The translations under genes were made by a program, and so were the position numbers. From IMG/VR virus record IMGVR_UViG_3300037512_001279, positions 1-64,000 of that record: a DNA stretch of 64,000 bases; one strand, written 5' to 3'. This document shows positions 29,197-39,333 of this stretch, piece after piece. The notes under the pieces are model-generated. The model ran no database searches. It saw only the letters and a program-made list of their open reading frames with translations, and had not been told where the DNA came from. Each line of letters opens with the position of its first letter. Positions within the stretch are counted from its first letter, which is position 1. This DNA comes from a virus (lineage: Duplodnaviria > Caudoviricetes).

Positions 29197-29733
29197 ATGC
29201 TACTCTCCTATTCTACCATTTTTTCAAGAGTTCTAGGCCGTATAAACGATCCGAAAGAACTCTTGTTGAGTGAAGAAGATTGGAATGCATTATATGTTGA
29301 GCGTTTACACAATGTAGTTGGAAATCCAAGGGTTTCAAATATTTTCTCTACTCTCGTACTGCACGAAGTAGATATTGTTCCTCCTAATGACGGAGAAGCC
29401 GAAGAAACCCAGTCTGAAGATGAAACGGAAAACGAAGATGAATTTACCGAAGACACTATTGAGTATGAATTAAAAAATCCTGCAGACGAGTATTCTGATA
29501 ATGAATATGTTATACAGGTTCTTGTTACTGGGATTGTAATCGAGTGGCTTCGACCGAAGGTTGAAACTTTAGAATTCACTAAGCTTATGATTGGTGGTAA
29601 GGAGGAGAAAAAACTTCTCGACCCGTACAACAATATGTCTAACAGGCTTGGTAATCTCGAGAAACAGCTTCACAAATTAATTCGTGACCGTGGATACATT
29701 CACAACGAATACGTTGACGTTAGTGAGGTGTAA
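29197..29733 (+). CDS. putative head-tail adaptor
   Basis: 178 aa, position in neck module; contains an acidic insertion. Confidence 0.5.
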   Translation: MLLSYSTIFSRVLGRINDPKELLLSEEDWNALYVERLHNVVGNPRVSNIFSTLVLHEVDIVPPNDGEAEETQSEDETENEDEFTEDTIEYELKNPADEYSDNEYVIQVLVTGIVIEWLRPKVETLEFTKLMIGGKEEKKLLDPYNNMSNRLGNLEKQLHKLIRDRGYIHNEYVDVSEV

Positions 29734-29734
29734 C

Positions 29735-30076
29735 ATGGAATACTTATATGGAGAATTTTCAGACAAACAAATTGAATTAAACGCAATCGCAATGCATAAT
29801 GCAGTACACAAACTTCTTCTTTATAAAGACGTAAACGTGTCAAGTCAAATATTCGACACGGAAGAACAGTTTCAACGCTATTTTCAAAATCTCCTGTATA
29901 GGTTTGGTGGCTTTAATGAGTTACTTGGGGAGCCTGTGCAAATGGTATCTCTTATGTCAACTTTGCAGGCTGCATATGACGAAATTGAAAAAGACAATTT
30001 CGATTTTATAGTTTACAGGAGGTTAATTTTGGATGCACATGGCTTCATCTCATCTATGTTCAACAAGGGGGTGTGA
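29735..30076 (+). CDS. hypothetical protein
   Basis: GAGGTG RBS before ATG 29735. Confidence 0.6.
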   Translation: MEYLYGEFSDKQIELNAIAMHNAVHKLLLYKDVNVSSQIFDTEEQFQRYFQNLLYRFGGFNELLGEPVQMVSLMSTLQAAYDEIEKDNFDFIVYRRLILDAHGFISSMFNKGV

Positions 30077-31347
30077 TGCCAATGCCAAACTTAGAAACTG
30101 CAAGACGGATAGCATCCGTCGAAAACAATGGTGCGACCACTGTTGGTCAAATCCATAAAGAAAACTCGGATTTTACGATGGAGCAGACGTGGTGGAACGA
30201 CCCACAGAGCAGAGTTTGTTATATCTATGATTACGCCCACGACGACTCTCCAACATTAAAAGACCACATTACTTACAATGATGATACTACCAAGACAAAG
30301 ATTGACGCTAAGTTTATTATCAGTTCTTATGGTTCAATTGATAAAGACCAAGTTGCATATCACCTGATGTTTAAGCCAAGTCAAAAGACTGACTTTGAAG
30401 AAGGTGATGATCTTTATTATTATGAGACTGATTATAAGCAGAAGTACGGAGTGCATTCATTTATTGGATTGTTCGTGGATGTTCCGGATGACAATGGTAT
30501 TTATTACCGTTGGCTTATTTGTGATTATGAGGAAGCAAATCAATTTGTAAAATATGTTATTTTACCTTGTAATTACAGATTTCAATGGATTCAAATTATT
30601 AATGGGAAAAAATACAAACATTATATGTGGGGAAGTACAAGAAATCTTAATAGTTATACTGCTGGTAACTATGTGGATAGGTACTTCACATCGTTAGATA
30701 ATGTGGATAAATTTATACTACCATTAAATAAAAAAACAGAATCTTTTGGATATAATAATCAGCTTGGAGATTCTCAGAGACTTATAATTAGTGCGAAAGT
30801 ACCTCATCCAAATGTTTGGTCAGTTTCAAAACTTGAGAACACAAAACCTATTGGTCTGTTAAAGGTAACAGTTAAACAAGTTCCATTTAATGATGATACT
30901 GATTTAATTGAATATGATGAACAAGGCAATATTACGGGAATGTGGGCAGATTATTATTCTGCAGACCTGTCAGATCCAATTGATGAAAGCATTGTACCGC
31001 CCGAACCACCTTTATATGACGTATCTATTGAATTAATCAGCTCGTCTCCTACCATTAAACTTGGTGGAAGTTACAGAACGATTACTTCAAAGTTTTATGA
31101 CGTTAACGGTAATGACATTTCTGACAGTTATAAAAACGTTACACGGTCATGGCATTTCGAAGCCATTGATGAAACTGGAAGTACTACTATGTTAAGAGTT
31201 GAAAGTAAATCTGTTGATGGAGACAATAATATAATTAAGGTGAAGGTTGTTGAGTCTAAAGAATGTATTGGCTGCATATTGAAAACGGATATTGTCATAG
31301 CTGGCATGAGGGAGACAATGAAGTCTCCTATGAGCATTATAGGATAA
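30073..31347 (+). CDS. putative head closure protein with C-terminal Ig-like segment
   Basis: 424 aa, WLI..ILPCN motif, neck module position. Confidence 0.5.
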   Translation: MMPMPNLETARRIASVENNGATTVGQIHKENSDFTMEQTWWNDPQSRVCYIYDYAHDDSPTLKDHITYNDDTTKTKIDAKFIISSYGSIDKDQVAYHLMFKPSQKTDFEEGDDLYYYETDYKQKYGVHSFIGLFVDVPDDNGIYYRWLICDYEEANQFVKYVILPCNYRFQWIQIINGKKYKHYMWGSTRNLNSYTAGNYVDRYFTSLDNVDKFILPLNKKTESFGYNNQLGDSQRLIISAKVPHPNVWSVSKLENTKPIGLLKVTVKQVPFNDDTDLIEYDEQGNITGMWADYYSADLSDPIDESIVPPEPPLYDVSIELISSSPTIKLGGSYRTITSKFYDVNGNDISDSYKNVTRSWHFEAIDETGSTTMLRVESKSVDGDNNIIKVKVVESKECIGCILKTDIVIAGMRETMKSPMSIIG

Positions 31348-31359
31348 GGAGGATAACTT

Positions 31360-32004
31360 ATGGATCTTGTAACAAAAAGTGATCTTTTGGAACGCCTTCG
31401 GTTATTCTCCGATTGTCCTGATGATGATAATACAATATTCAAACAGAAAATCACAAAAGCTTTTATGAGTTGCCCTGAATTGTTATATGTCATTAACGAA
31501 AAGTCTCTTATGGATCAATTGTTTAATGATGACGGTACGATTAATTATGACGGTGAATGGGACAGATTTTTTTCAGACGCATATCATGACGGTAACTTCA
31601 GGCCTTATCTGTTTATTCCTGACACTCAGGATGAGGTAAGAAACTATGTTTGTTATCAAACGCACTTCGAAGAAACGCCAAGATATAATTCAGTTGAGAA
31701 ATATTGTCTTGTGACGTTCACAATATTTGTGCATTCCGGAGACAGAATTGATGCTGATACGGGATTGCCTCGTCACGATTTAATTGGAGCAATAATAAAA
31801 GATAAGATCAATTGGACGAATATTTTTGGTACTCAGTGTCACGTTGTGTCAGACCGTGAGTCAATGACCGATTATAAGTATGTTGTTCGTACTTTGGTGT
31901 TCCAGTGTACGATGCCGAACAATATTGTTCAAACTACGCTTAAGCGTGTTGGCGATATAAAAGTTCCGACAACTAATGTTATTAACAAAACGGGAAGGAT
32001 GTGA
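31360..32004 (+). CDS. putative tail terminator/completion protein
   Basis: 214 aa, PYLFIPDTQ..RHDL motif, upstream of tail tube gene. Confidence 0.5.
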   Translation: MDLVTKSDLLERLRLFSDCPDDDNTIFKQKITKAFMSCPELLYVINEKSLMDQLFNDDGTINYDGEWDRFFSDAYHDGNFRPYLFIPDTQDEVRNYVCYQTHFEETPRYNSVEKYCLVTFTIFVHSGDRIDADTGLPRHDLIGAIIKDKINWTNIFGTQCHVVSDRESMTDYKYVVRTLVFQCTMPNNIVQTTLKRVGDIKVPTTNVINKTGRM

Positions 32005-32828
32005 TTCTATTGGATACACAAAACCTTCTCGACTTTGATGAGTTAAAAGTATATTTTGGCGAAGACTATTGGCCTACGCCACACATAAAAATAACTCAGC
32101 CAAAAATACAAGATTTGATCGAATATGGCGATTCAAGGTTTTATTCCATGGTTTCCACTTTATGCGCAAACACGACGTCGTTTAGACTTCAATTGTGGGA
32201 AATGGGAATTGATTGGAATAAGATTTCAGATTTTGATCTATTTAAAATTCTGATTAAGAATTACACAACTGATGAAACAAGTCTTTTATTTGGTGATTTG
32301 AATCTTTCTTGGTTTGAAGAAATGCACGACGACAAGGCGGATGCTGATGTTTTAATCTACTTTCCCAGAGACGAGGAAGGTAATTTGGTTGACATTACTC
32401 AGATACCGTTTGACGACGTTATTAAAATCTATGAAATCGACTACGTCAAAATAGTCGAATATTTAAGATACATGTTTAACATTCATCCAAAGACTGAAAA
32501 GGCCCGCGGTAAATCCACGAAGCTTGCGATTATTGAGGATGAAAAGAGAAAGATTGCTGCAGAACTGGCGAAGAAAAAAGACACTGACATTCAGAAGTCG
32601 TTTTTGCTGCCACTTGTTTCATCTTTACTAAACCACCCTGGATTCAAGTATAAAAAGGATGAACTCAGGGAAGTTGGCATAGTAGAGTTTATGGACTCCG
32701 TAAAGAGACTGCAGACTTACGAAAGCTCCACTGCCCTGCTTAAAGGCATTTATTCAGGAATGGTTGACACGTCCAAGATTAAGAATCTTAATGATGAAAT
32801 AAATTGGATGAAGGATTTAAACGGGTAG
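32001..32828 (+). CDS. hypothetical tail-module protein
   Basis: 275 aa, I.QP.I..I, GIYSG.VD motif. Confidence 0.6.
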   Translation: MILLDTQNLLDFDELKVYFGEDYWPTPHIKITQPKIQDLIEYGDSRFYSMVSTLCANTTSFRLQLWEMGIDWNKISDFDLFKILIKNYTTDETSLLFGDLNLSWFEEMHDDKADADVLIYFPRDEEGNLVDITQIPFDDVIKIYEIDYVKIVEYLRYMFNIHPKTEKARGKSTKLAIIEDEKRKIAAELAKKKDTDIQKSFLLPLVSSLLNHPGFKYKKDELREVGIVEFMDSVKRLQTYESSTALLKGIYSGMVDTSKIKNLNDEINWMKDLNG

Positions 32829-32956
32829 GATAACTGCCCGTTTTTAGATATGTGAAAATTACATAAATTTTTGTTATCTAAATTTTTGAATTGGCTTAGT
32901 TTTCTAAGCCTTTTTATTTTTTTTTAAAACAAAAAAATAATAAGGAGGAAATAAAC

Positions 32957-33760
32957 ATGTTTACATTGGATGATCTTATTATTGATCGTATTCTTATGGC
33001 GACTGCTGAAGATTCCAACGGTGCATTGCTTTATACTCTGACGCAGCTTACTGATGCTACCATTGAGATTACTGCTGAATCCAGAGAAGCAAGAGACGCT
33101 AGGGGATCGCTTGTTAAGCGCTTCTATAATGCAAAGAGTGGTACGTTCTCTGCAACGAATGCCATGCTGAATCTTAACCTGTTGGCATCTTCTTCCGGAA
33201 ATGCTAAGGAAGTTGCAGGTGCAGGAGCACTGGCAATTCAGATGCCTAGAATTCTTGTAGTTAAGCAGGGGACTCAGACCGTTGATTTGTGTGCAACGGA
33301 TGAGACTCTTGTTGCTGGCTCCGTAAGAGTTAATGCTCTTGGAAATAACGGCGCTCTTGGCAAGGCTTATACACTTGGCTCCGGTTCCGCAAGTGCTACG
33401 GAGTTTATTATCACTGGTGACGTTCTTACTCTTCCTACTGATACTGATCCCGACAAGTTCGTAATTAAGTTTGAGAGAAAGACCGAGAACGGCGTTAAGA
33501 TCGTTAACAGCTCCAACCAGTTCCCTGGCACTGTTAAGCTTACGCTTCAGGCTCTTGCCATAGATCCTTGTAGCCCCGACGTTGTTCGCGAAGTTTACAT
33601 TATCATTCCTTCGTTCCAGGTTAGCCCTGAAGTTTCCATCACCGTAAACAGTGAGGGTACTTTGAATTACTCCGGCGACCTGCAGGTTGCTTACTGCTCT
33701 GGCGATCAGGAGCTTTACTCCATCGTTATGTGCGGTGATGACGAGTACGACGAGGACTAA
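32957..33760 (+). CDS. major tail tube protein (YomU-like)
   Basis: 267 aa beta-rich, strong AAGGAGG RBS, followed by a hairpin. Confidence 0.7.
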   Translation: MFTLDDLIIDRILMATAEDSNGALLYTLTQLTDATIEITAESREARDARGSLVKRFYNAKSGTFSATNAMLNLNLLASSSGNAKEVAGAGALAIQMPRILVVKQGTQTVDLCATDETLVAGSVRVNALGNNGALGKAYTLGSGSASATEFIITGDVLTLPTDTDPDKFVIKFERKTENGVKIVNSSNQFPGTVKLTLQALAIDPCSPDVVREVYIIIPSFQVSPEVSITVNSEGTLNYSGDLQVAYCSGDQELYSIVMCGDDEYDED

Positions 33761-33825
33761 TTCGTAATTCGTAAAAGTATTTAGGAGGGGACTAATCTCC
33801 CCTCCTATTCTTTTAGAAGGAGAAG

Positions 33826-34296
33826 ATGGGATTTATGAATAAGAACAAGAATAACAGAAAGTGTATTATTTGCGGAAAAGAATATTCTTACTGCCCCGTT
33901 TGCGGGAAGGACGTAAAAAAACCTTCATGGTACACAATTTTCTGTAGTGACAATTGTAACAGCATTTATGAAGCAGTTACAACCTTCAGAGATGGCGGAT
34001 GTACCGTTGAAGCAGCTCGTGATTTGTTGAACGGATTAGATTTAAAAGCAGTTGATAATGATGAATTTAATGCAACTACAAGAAAGCAGATTAAAGACAT
34101 TCTTAGCTTCAATGAAAAGAAAGATGAGGTTGTTGAGCCTGTAGCTGAGGAAGTAGTTGAGGAAAAAGTTGAGGCTGTTGAGCCTGTAGTTGAGGAAGTG
34201 AAAGAAGTTGTTAAGGAAAAGAAAGAAGAAAAGAAATCTTTCAATGGTTCAAATCAGAGCTTCAAAAAGAATAACTATAACAACTTTCGCAAATAA
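33826..34296 (+). CDS. zinc-finger protein with E/V/K-rich tail
   Basis: CIIC, CPVC, CSDNC. Confidence 0.7.
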   Translation: MGFMNKNKNNRKCIICGKEYSYCPVCGKDVKKPSWYTIFCSDNCNSIYEAVTTFRDGGCTVEAARDLLNGLDLKAVDNDEFNATTRKQIKDILSFNEKKDEVVEPVAEEVVEEKVEAVEPVVEEVKEVVKEKKEEKKSFNGSNQSFKKNNYNNFRK

Positions 34297-34417
34297 CATA
34301 GACGTCGGTGAATTTTTAGCATAGTGGAATATACTTGCCAACGTCTAATTTGGCTATGTGTATTCCATTTTTTTACTTTTATCGACAATTTTCGGAATGT
34401 AAAGGAAGAATAAATAT

Positions 34418-34639
34418 ATGGAGATTAGCAAACTTTCAAATAAAAAGTATTCATTAAAGGACGTTGTTCGTGTTATTGACCCAAAGCAACAAATGTTGTT
34501 CTGCAAACACATGGCATATCCTGTTGACATGTACGTTACGAAAGATTTGTATTCTGACAAAGACATACTAGTAATGCTGTTCAACAAAGAAGAAACTAGA
34601 GAATTATATATTAAGTGGAAAAACCACGAACTGAAGTGA
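34418..34639 (+). CDS. hypothetical protein
   Basis: 73 aa with RBS. Confidence 0.6.
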   Translation: MEISKLSNKKYSLKDVVRVIDPKQQMLFCKHMAYPVDMYVTKDLYSDKDILVMLFNKEETRELYIKWKNHELK

Positions 34640-34647
34640 GGTGCGCC

Positions 34648-34890
34648 ATGATTGAACATTTAGAAAAAGAAGTACGTCGCTACGTAATAGCGACTTTTGA
34701 CAATCCGACAAATTACGTCGTTTGTAATGGCGCATGTAATTATTCTTTTATTGACAACATACAAAACGCATCAAAGTTTGCGTCAGAATTTGCAGCAAAT
34801 GAAGTATATAAGTCTTTATATAAAAGATATAATATTGATCTCGTTGTTCTTCCACTAAGTATAAAATACGTTTTATTGGAGGAAGATTGA
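34648..34890 (+). CDS. hypothetical protein
   Basis: GAGGTG RBS before ATG 34648. Confidence 0.55.
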   Translation: MIEHLEKEVRRYVIATFDNPTNYVVCNGACNYSFIDNIQNASKFASEFAANEVYKSLYKRYNIDLVVLPLSIKYVLLEED

Positions 34891-34921
34891 GTATAAAATA
34901 CGTTTTTTGGGAGGAAAAACA

Positions 34922-36034
34922 ATGTATTATCTTGACAATGCAGCGACCACTCCACTTACGGATGCGGTTAAGAAAAAAATTATTGAAGTTCTTGATGATT
35001 ATGGGAACCCAAGTTCTTCATATGATCTTGGTAAAAAAACAAAAAATATAATCGAAGACGCAAGAGAAGAAGTTAGGGGATTCATTCATGCTCCCGCAAA
35101 TTCAAACATCATATTTACTTCAAGTGGTTCTGCAGCAAACTGTCTCGCCATTAAAGGACTTCTTGGTTATTGTGACGAAGACGTTGTTTTATACTCTCCT
35201 ACTGCTCATAAGTCAATTATAAAATGCTGTAAAGAATATAAATATGCTCATGAGCTAAAGGTTGATTCTGAAGGTTTTATCGACTTTGATTATCTTGAAG
35301 AAAAATTAAAAAGTTATTGGCCAGAGATGGTTCTTGTATTCTTCGAGGCTGCAAATTCAGAGCTAGGTACGATTAATAAAATACGCGAACTTGTGAAGTT
35401 AATACATTCATACGGTGCTCTTGCAATTGTTGATTTTACTGGATACATACCATATTTCAAAGTTAATGTATGTGATCTTGACGTTGACGTTGCAACATTT
35501 TCAGGTCATAAACTTCATGCACTTAAAGGAGTTGGAGTTCTTTATAAGCTTGAAGACCTTGGAATGGCTCCGGTAGTTTACGGTTCTCAAGAAGATGGTC
35601 TTTTTGCAGGAACTGAAAACGTAATTGGAATAGCCTCTCTTGGAGAAGCCGTAAAGAATTATGATTATTCATTTGTAATGAGATATCAAAGGGATAAGCT
35701 TTGGGAAATGATTAGTAACGGAATTAAAGACTGTTACTTAATAGGTACAAAAAAGGAATATGACAGATTACCGTTTAATCTGTTTATTTGTTTCAATGGA
35801 GTTAACGGAAGTAATCTTGCGTCGCTTCTTGAAACAAAAGGCATTTACGTCTCAACAGGTTCGGCATGCAATAATGGTTCTGCAGAACCTTCAGACGCAT
35901 TAGTTGCAATTGGAATGAATGAAAACGATTATCATTCATGCATAAGAATTACTTTTAGTGGTGATGAAACTTTTATAGATTTACAGAAGATATATGAAGC
36001 AATTAAGGAGTCTGTTGACTTTTTGAGGGGGTGA
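34922..36034 (+). CDS. iscS: cysteine desulfurase IscS/NifS-like (PLP)
   Basis: YLDNAATT, GNPSS, FTS.G, SGHK (PLP Lys), GTEN, STGSAC (catalytic Cys). Confidence 0.92.
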   Translation: MYYLDNAATTPLTDAVKKKIIEVLDDYGNPSSSYDLGKKTKNIIEDAREEVRGFIHAPANSNIIFTSSGSAANCLAIKGLLGYCDEDVVLYSPTAHKSIIKCCKEYKYAHELKVDSEGFIDFDYLEEKLKSYWPEMVLVFFEAANSELGTINKIRELVKLIHSYGALAIVDFTGYIPYFKVNVCDLDVDVATFSGHKLHALKGVGVLYKLEDLGMAPVVYGSQEDGLFAGTENVIGIASLGEAVKNYDYSFVMRYQRDKLWEMISNGIKDCYLIGTKKEYDRLPFNLFICFNGVNGSNLASLLETKGIYVSTGSACNNGSAEPSDALVAIGMNENDYHSCIRITFSGDETFIDLQKIYEAIKESVDFLRG

Positions 36035-36041
36035 CAGTCCC

Positions 36042-37637
36042 GTGAAAATATTAGGCAACTCCGTCGCTTCAGCGCGACAAATGGCGGCGTATTTGTCGTC
36101 AGTAAACGACAAGCCAAAATTTTCAACAGACATCTCAGTAGAAGAATTTTGCCAGTTATTTCTAGACACGTGTGAGCTTGAAGGCGTTCGCGGTGACGTA
36201 GCATTTGCTCAGGCATGTAAGGAAACTGGCAATTTTCGTTTTACGGGAAGCGTGATGTATACGCAAAACAATTTTTGTGGTCTTGGCGCTACAAACGACG
36301 GAGTTATTGGATGTATTTTTAGAAACATTAGAGACGGCATTTTGGCACAGGCACAGCATCTGAAGACATATGCCACAAAGGAAAACCTGAACATAACGTG
36401 CATAGATCCACGAAGAACTGAATGGTTTGTGAATAAAAAAAGTGGAACTGCTCCCGAAGTAGAAATGCTTGGAGGTACGTGGTCTGTTCCAGGTTATGAC
36501 ACAAATAAATATAAATCTTTGGATGAAGCAAATAATGCAAAAGATTCCTACGGGTATCAGATTGTTGACATAGTAAATAAAATTTTACAAATTAAGGACG
36601 GTGGTGAAAAAATGGCAAAGAAAAAAGTATGTTTGGATGCAGGTCATTATGGGAAATATAACCGTTCTCCTGTTGTTCCATCATATTACGAATCAGACAT
36701 GGTTTGGAAACTACATCTGATGTTAAAAAAATATTTGGAACAGTTAGGTATTCAGGTAATCACTACGAGATCTAATAAAGACAAAGATTTGGCGCTAGTA
36801 TCAAGAGGCATGGCATCAAAGGGATGTGATTTATTTCTTTCCTTACACAGCAATGCATGCGGTTCTGAGTCAGTAAATTATGCTGCAATTTATCATTTAA
36901 CTAATGACGTTACTACTGACATTGATGATTTGTCAAAAGATTTCGCTAATAAAATAGCGCCTGTTATTGGTGGCGTTATGGGTGTTGGGTATAAAGTATT
37001 AACTCGCGCAGCACAAAGTGACAGAAACAAAGACGGTATGAAGAACGACAATTATTATGGTGTTCTTCACGGTGCAAGAATGGCTGGTACTCCAGGATTA
37101 ATTCTTGAACATTCATTCCATACGAACAAAAACGCAACTCTTTGGCTTTTACAGGATGCAAATCTTGACAGGCTTGCAAAAGCTGAGGCGCAATGCATTG
37201 CTGAATGGCTGTTAGGAAATATTCCAACTCCTGAACCTACTCCTACTCCGGAACCATCTCCAACCCCAACAAATAATCTTGTTGCTAAGGGTTATGAGTA
37301 TGCCGCAAAATTCACTGGCGTAAATGAAACGAATCTTTCAAAGGCGAAGGCAAGAACGCTTCAGCATGCATTAAATCTTGATTATGGCAAATCAATTGAT
37401 GAAGACGGAATGTTTGGGCCTAAGTCTAAAGCGAAACTTGGAAGTCATTACGTAAAGAAAGGTGAAAAACAATACATGGTTACTGCTGCAGAGATACTTA
37501 TGTATTTAAACAACGTTGATTCTAATGGTGTTGAGTATCCTGGTATTTACGGTAATGGCTTGGTTAAGGCGTCTAAATCTAAATTTGGTGATGACGGTCT
37601 TAAGATTGATTCAAATGAATTCTTGAAATTGTTATAA
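36042..37637 (+). CDS. endolysin: glucosaminidase + amidase_3 + PT linker + putative peptidoglycan-binding domain
   Basis: AQACKETG and NNFCGLG; LDAGH, SLHSNA, ILEHSFHTN; DGMFGPKS. Confidence 0.85.
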   Translation: MKILGNSVASARQMAAYLSSVNDKPKFSTDISVEEFCQLFLDTCELEGVRGDVAFAQACKETGNFRFTGSVMYTQNNFCGLGATNDGVIGCIFRNIRDGILAQAQHLKTYATKENLNITCIDPRRTEWFVNKKSGTAPEVEMLGGTWSVPGYDTNKYKSLDEANNAKDSYGYQIVDIVNKILQIKDGGEKMAKKKVCLDAGHYGKYNRSPVVPSYYESDMVWKLHLMLKKYLEQLGIQVITTRSNKDKDLALVSRGMASKGCDLFLSLHSNACGSESVNYAAIYHLTNDVTTDIDDLSKDFANKIAPVIGGVMGVGYKVLTRAAQSDRNKDGMKNDNYYGVLHGARMAGTPGLILEHSFHTNKNATLWLLQDANLDRLAKAEAQCIAEWLLGNIPTPEPTPTPEPSPTPTNNLVAKGYEYAAKFTGVNETNLSKAKARTLQHALNLDYGKSIDEDGMFGPKSKAKLGSHYVKKGEKQYMVTAAEILMYLNNVDSNGVEYPGIYGNGLVKASKSKFGDDGLKIDSNEFLKLL

Positions 37638-37652
37638 GGAAGGAGAAATACC

Positions 37653-37964
37653 ATGAGTGTTGAAACCTTTATTGGAATTTTAGTTATCAGTGCCGCCGCT
37701 ACTTCAATCGGCATTGAGATCATTAAGAAGCTATTTGATGCATTCAAGTGGAAATATGAGTCCATGGTTGTTGCAGTTATAACTGCATTTATTGTTGGCG
37801 TTGCTGAGGTTGTTATTTATGCAGCACAGGGAAACATGACATTTAATTACGTTACTGTTATTTATGCAATTTGCATGGGCATTGTAAACGTTGTTGGAAG
37901 TACTGTTGGTTATGATACCGTTAAGGCATTTATCTATGCTTTATTTGGAAAGGTGGATAAGTAA
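37653..37964 (+). CDS. holin
   Basis: 103 aa with three hydrophobic segments next to the endolysin. Confidence 0.7.
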   Translation: MSVETFIGILVISAAATSIGIEIIKKLFDAFKWKYESMVVAVITAFIVGVAEVVIYAAQGNMTFNYVTVIYAICMGIVNVVGSTVGYDTVKAFIYALFGKVDK

Positions 37965-37975
37965 AACAGAGAGAG

Positions 37976-38497
37976 GTGGTCGACATGTCTAATATAGAAC
38001 AGCTTTTAAAAATAGATTCGTCGGTGATTTTGTCTCTTTTTGTTATTCTTTTTGGTATTGTAGCTATTGCCCAGGTTATTGAGAAGTTTTCAATATACAT
38101 CGGTAAACCGGTGTCTTGGGTTAAAAATAAAAATAAAGACCACGAAACCATTGTAAAAATAACCGAAACTTTAGAGGCACTAAGGAAACAACAGGATGCA
38201 GACAGAGTTCAGGCCGTTAATAGAGATCAGGAAATTAAGGATGATATTGACAAATTCTCATCCATGTTTTTGGATAAAAGCGTCGAGGATATGCGATGGA
38301 GAATATTAGACTTTTCATCCGCGATCTCAAATGGCAGGAAATTCAACAGAGAGTCATATGATTTTATTATCCATACTTATGATCAGTATGAGGACATATT
38401 GAAGAAATTAGGAAAGACAAATGGCGTCATAGATGAAACGATTGTTTACATCAAGGATGAGTTTAGAAATCATCTTAAGAATGGCGACTTTAAATAG
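37976..38497 (+). CDS. membrane-anchored coiled-coil lysis-region protein
   Basis: N-terminal TM, RWRIL.F...NG motif. Confidence 0.55.
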   Translation: MVDMSNIEQLLKIDSSVILSLFVILFGIVAIAQVIEKFSIYIGKPVSWVKNKNKDHETIVKITETLEALRKQQDADRVQAVNRDQEIKDDIDKFSSMFLDKSVEDMRWRILDFSSAISNGRKFNRESYDFIIHTYDQYEDILKKLGKTNGVIDETIVYIKDEFRNHLKNGDFK

Positions 38498-38549
38498 TCA
38501 AGAAAGGATACGGAGGGCAGTAGCAATACTGCTCTCCTATTTTATTGTT

Positions 38550-39032
38550 ATGAAAAAATGTAAATTACTTAGTTTAGACAGTTCTACAAAGTCAACTGGA
38601 TTTGCAATATTTGTTAATGGGAACTATAAGGAAAGTTGCTTTATTGACCATTCAAAAATAAAAGACGCACAGGAACGTTTGAGCGCCATGATTTCTGACA
38701 TATATAAAATAATTGATAAATACTCTCCTGACATTGTAACATGGGAGATCACTGTTGTCGTGAGAAACCCACAGGTTCAAAGAGATTTAACCATGATTGT
38801 TGGCGCTATCATGGGCAAGTGCATAGAGAAAAACATATTCTTCTATCCTTTCAGACCTACTGAGTGGAGAAAGCTTGTCTCCGATGGAGAGAAGCTGCCA
38901 AAGAAAAGAGATGAATTAAAACAGTGGGGAAAGGATAAGGTAAAGGAACTGTTTAACATTGACGTTGAAAATGACGATGTATCTGACGCTATTCTTATAG
39001 GTCAGGCATATATAGATAAATTTAGGGAGTGA
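38550..39032 (+). CDS. RuvC-like Holliday junction resolvase
   Basis: LSLDSST..TG, WE, WRK, DD.SDA.LIG. Confidence 0.8.
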   Translation: MKKCKLLSLDSSTKSTGFAIFVNGNYKESCFIDHSKIKDAQERLSAMISDIYKIIDKYSPDIVTWEITVVVRNPQVQRDLTMIVGAIMGKCIEKNIFFYPFRPTEWRKLVSDGEKLPKKRDELKQWGKDKVKELFNIDVENDDVSDAILIGQAYIDKFRE

Positions 39033-39039
39033 TTGAGCC

Positions 39040-39309
39040 ATGAATAATAATAAAAATCTTATGGAATCCATATTGACACACCTAAGAAAGCTAATCATTC
39101 TTACTGAGAATGGTGATGAGGATCAAATCCAAAAGTTGGTTAATAGTGCATGCGAGGTTTCAAATCAACTTATTCGGATAGAAAAAGGAGAATGTATTGG
39201 TGAAGAGTATGAAGAGTCTGAATACTCTGAAGAAGACTCCGGCGAATACTATGAAGAAAACTCTGAAGAAAGTTCTGAAGAAGAATCCGACGATGAAGGT
39301 AATAAGTAA
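39040..39309 (+). CDS. acidic hypothetical protein
   Basis: 89 aa, E/S-rich C-terminus. Confidence 0.5.
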   Translation: MNNNKNLMESILTHLRKLIILTENGDEDQIQKLVNSACEVSNQLIRIEKGECIGEEYEESEYSEEDSGEYYEENSEESSEEESDDEGNK

Positions 39310-39333
39310 AAGGAAAAGGAAAGGAAGGAAAAT

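Noticed and set aside
34922-36034. Dnd phosphorothioation system
   Set aside because: No dndBCDE or ssp genes in the window
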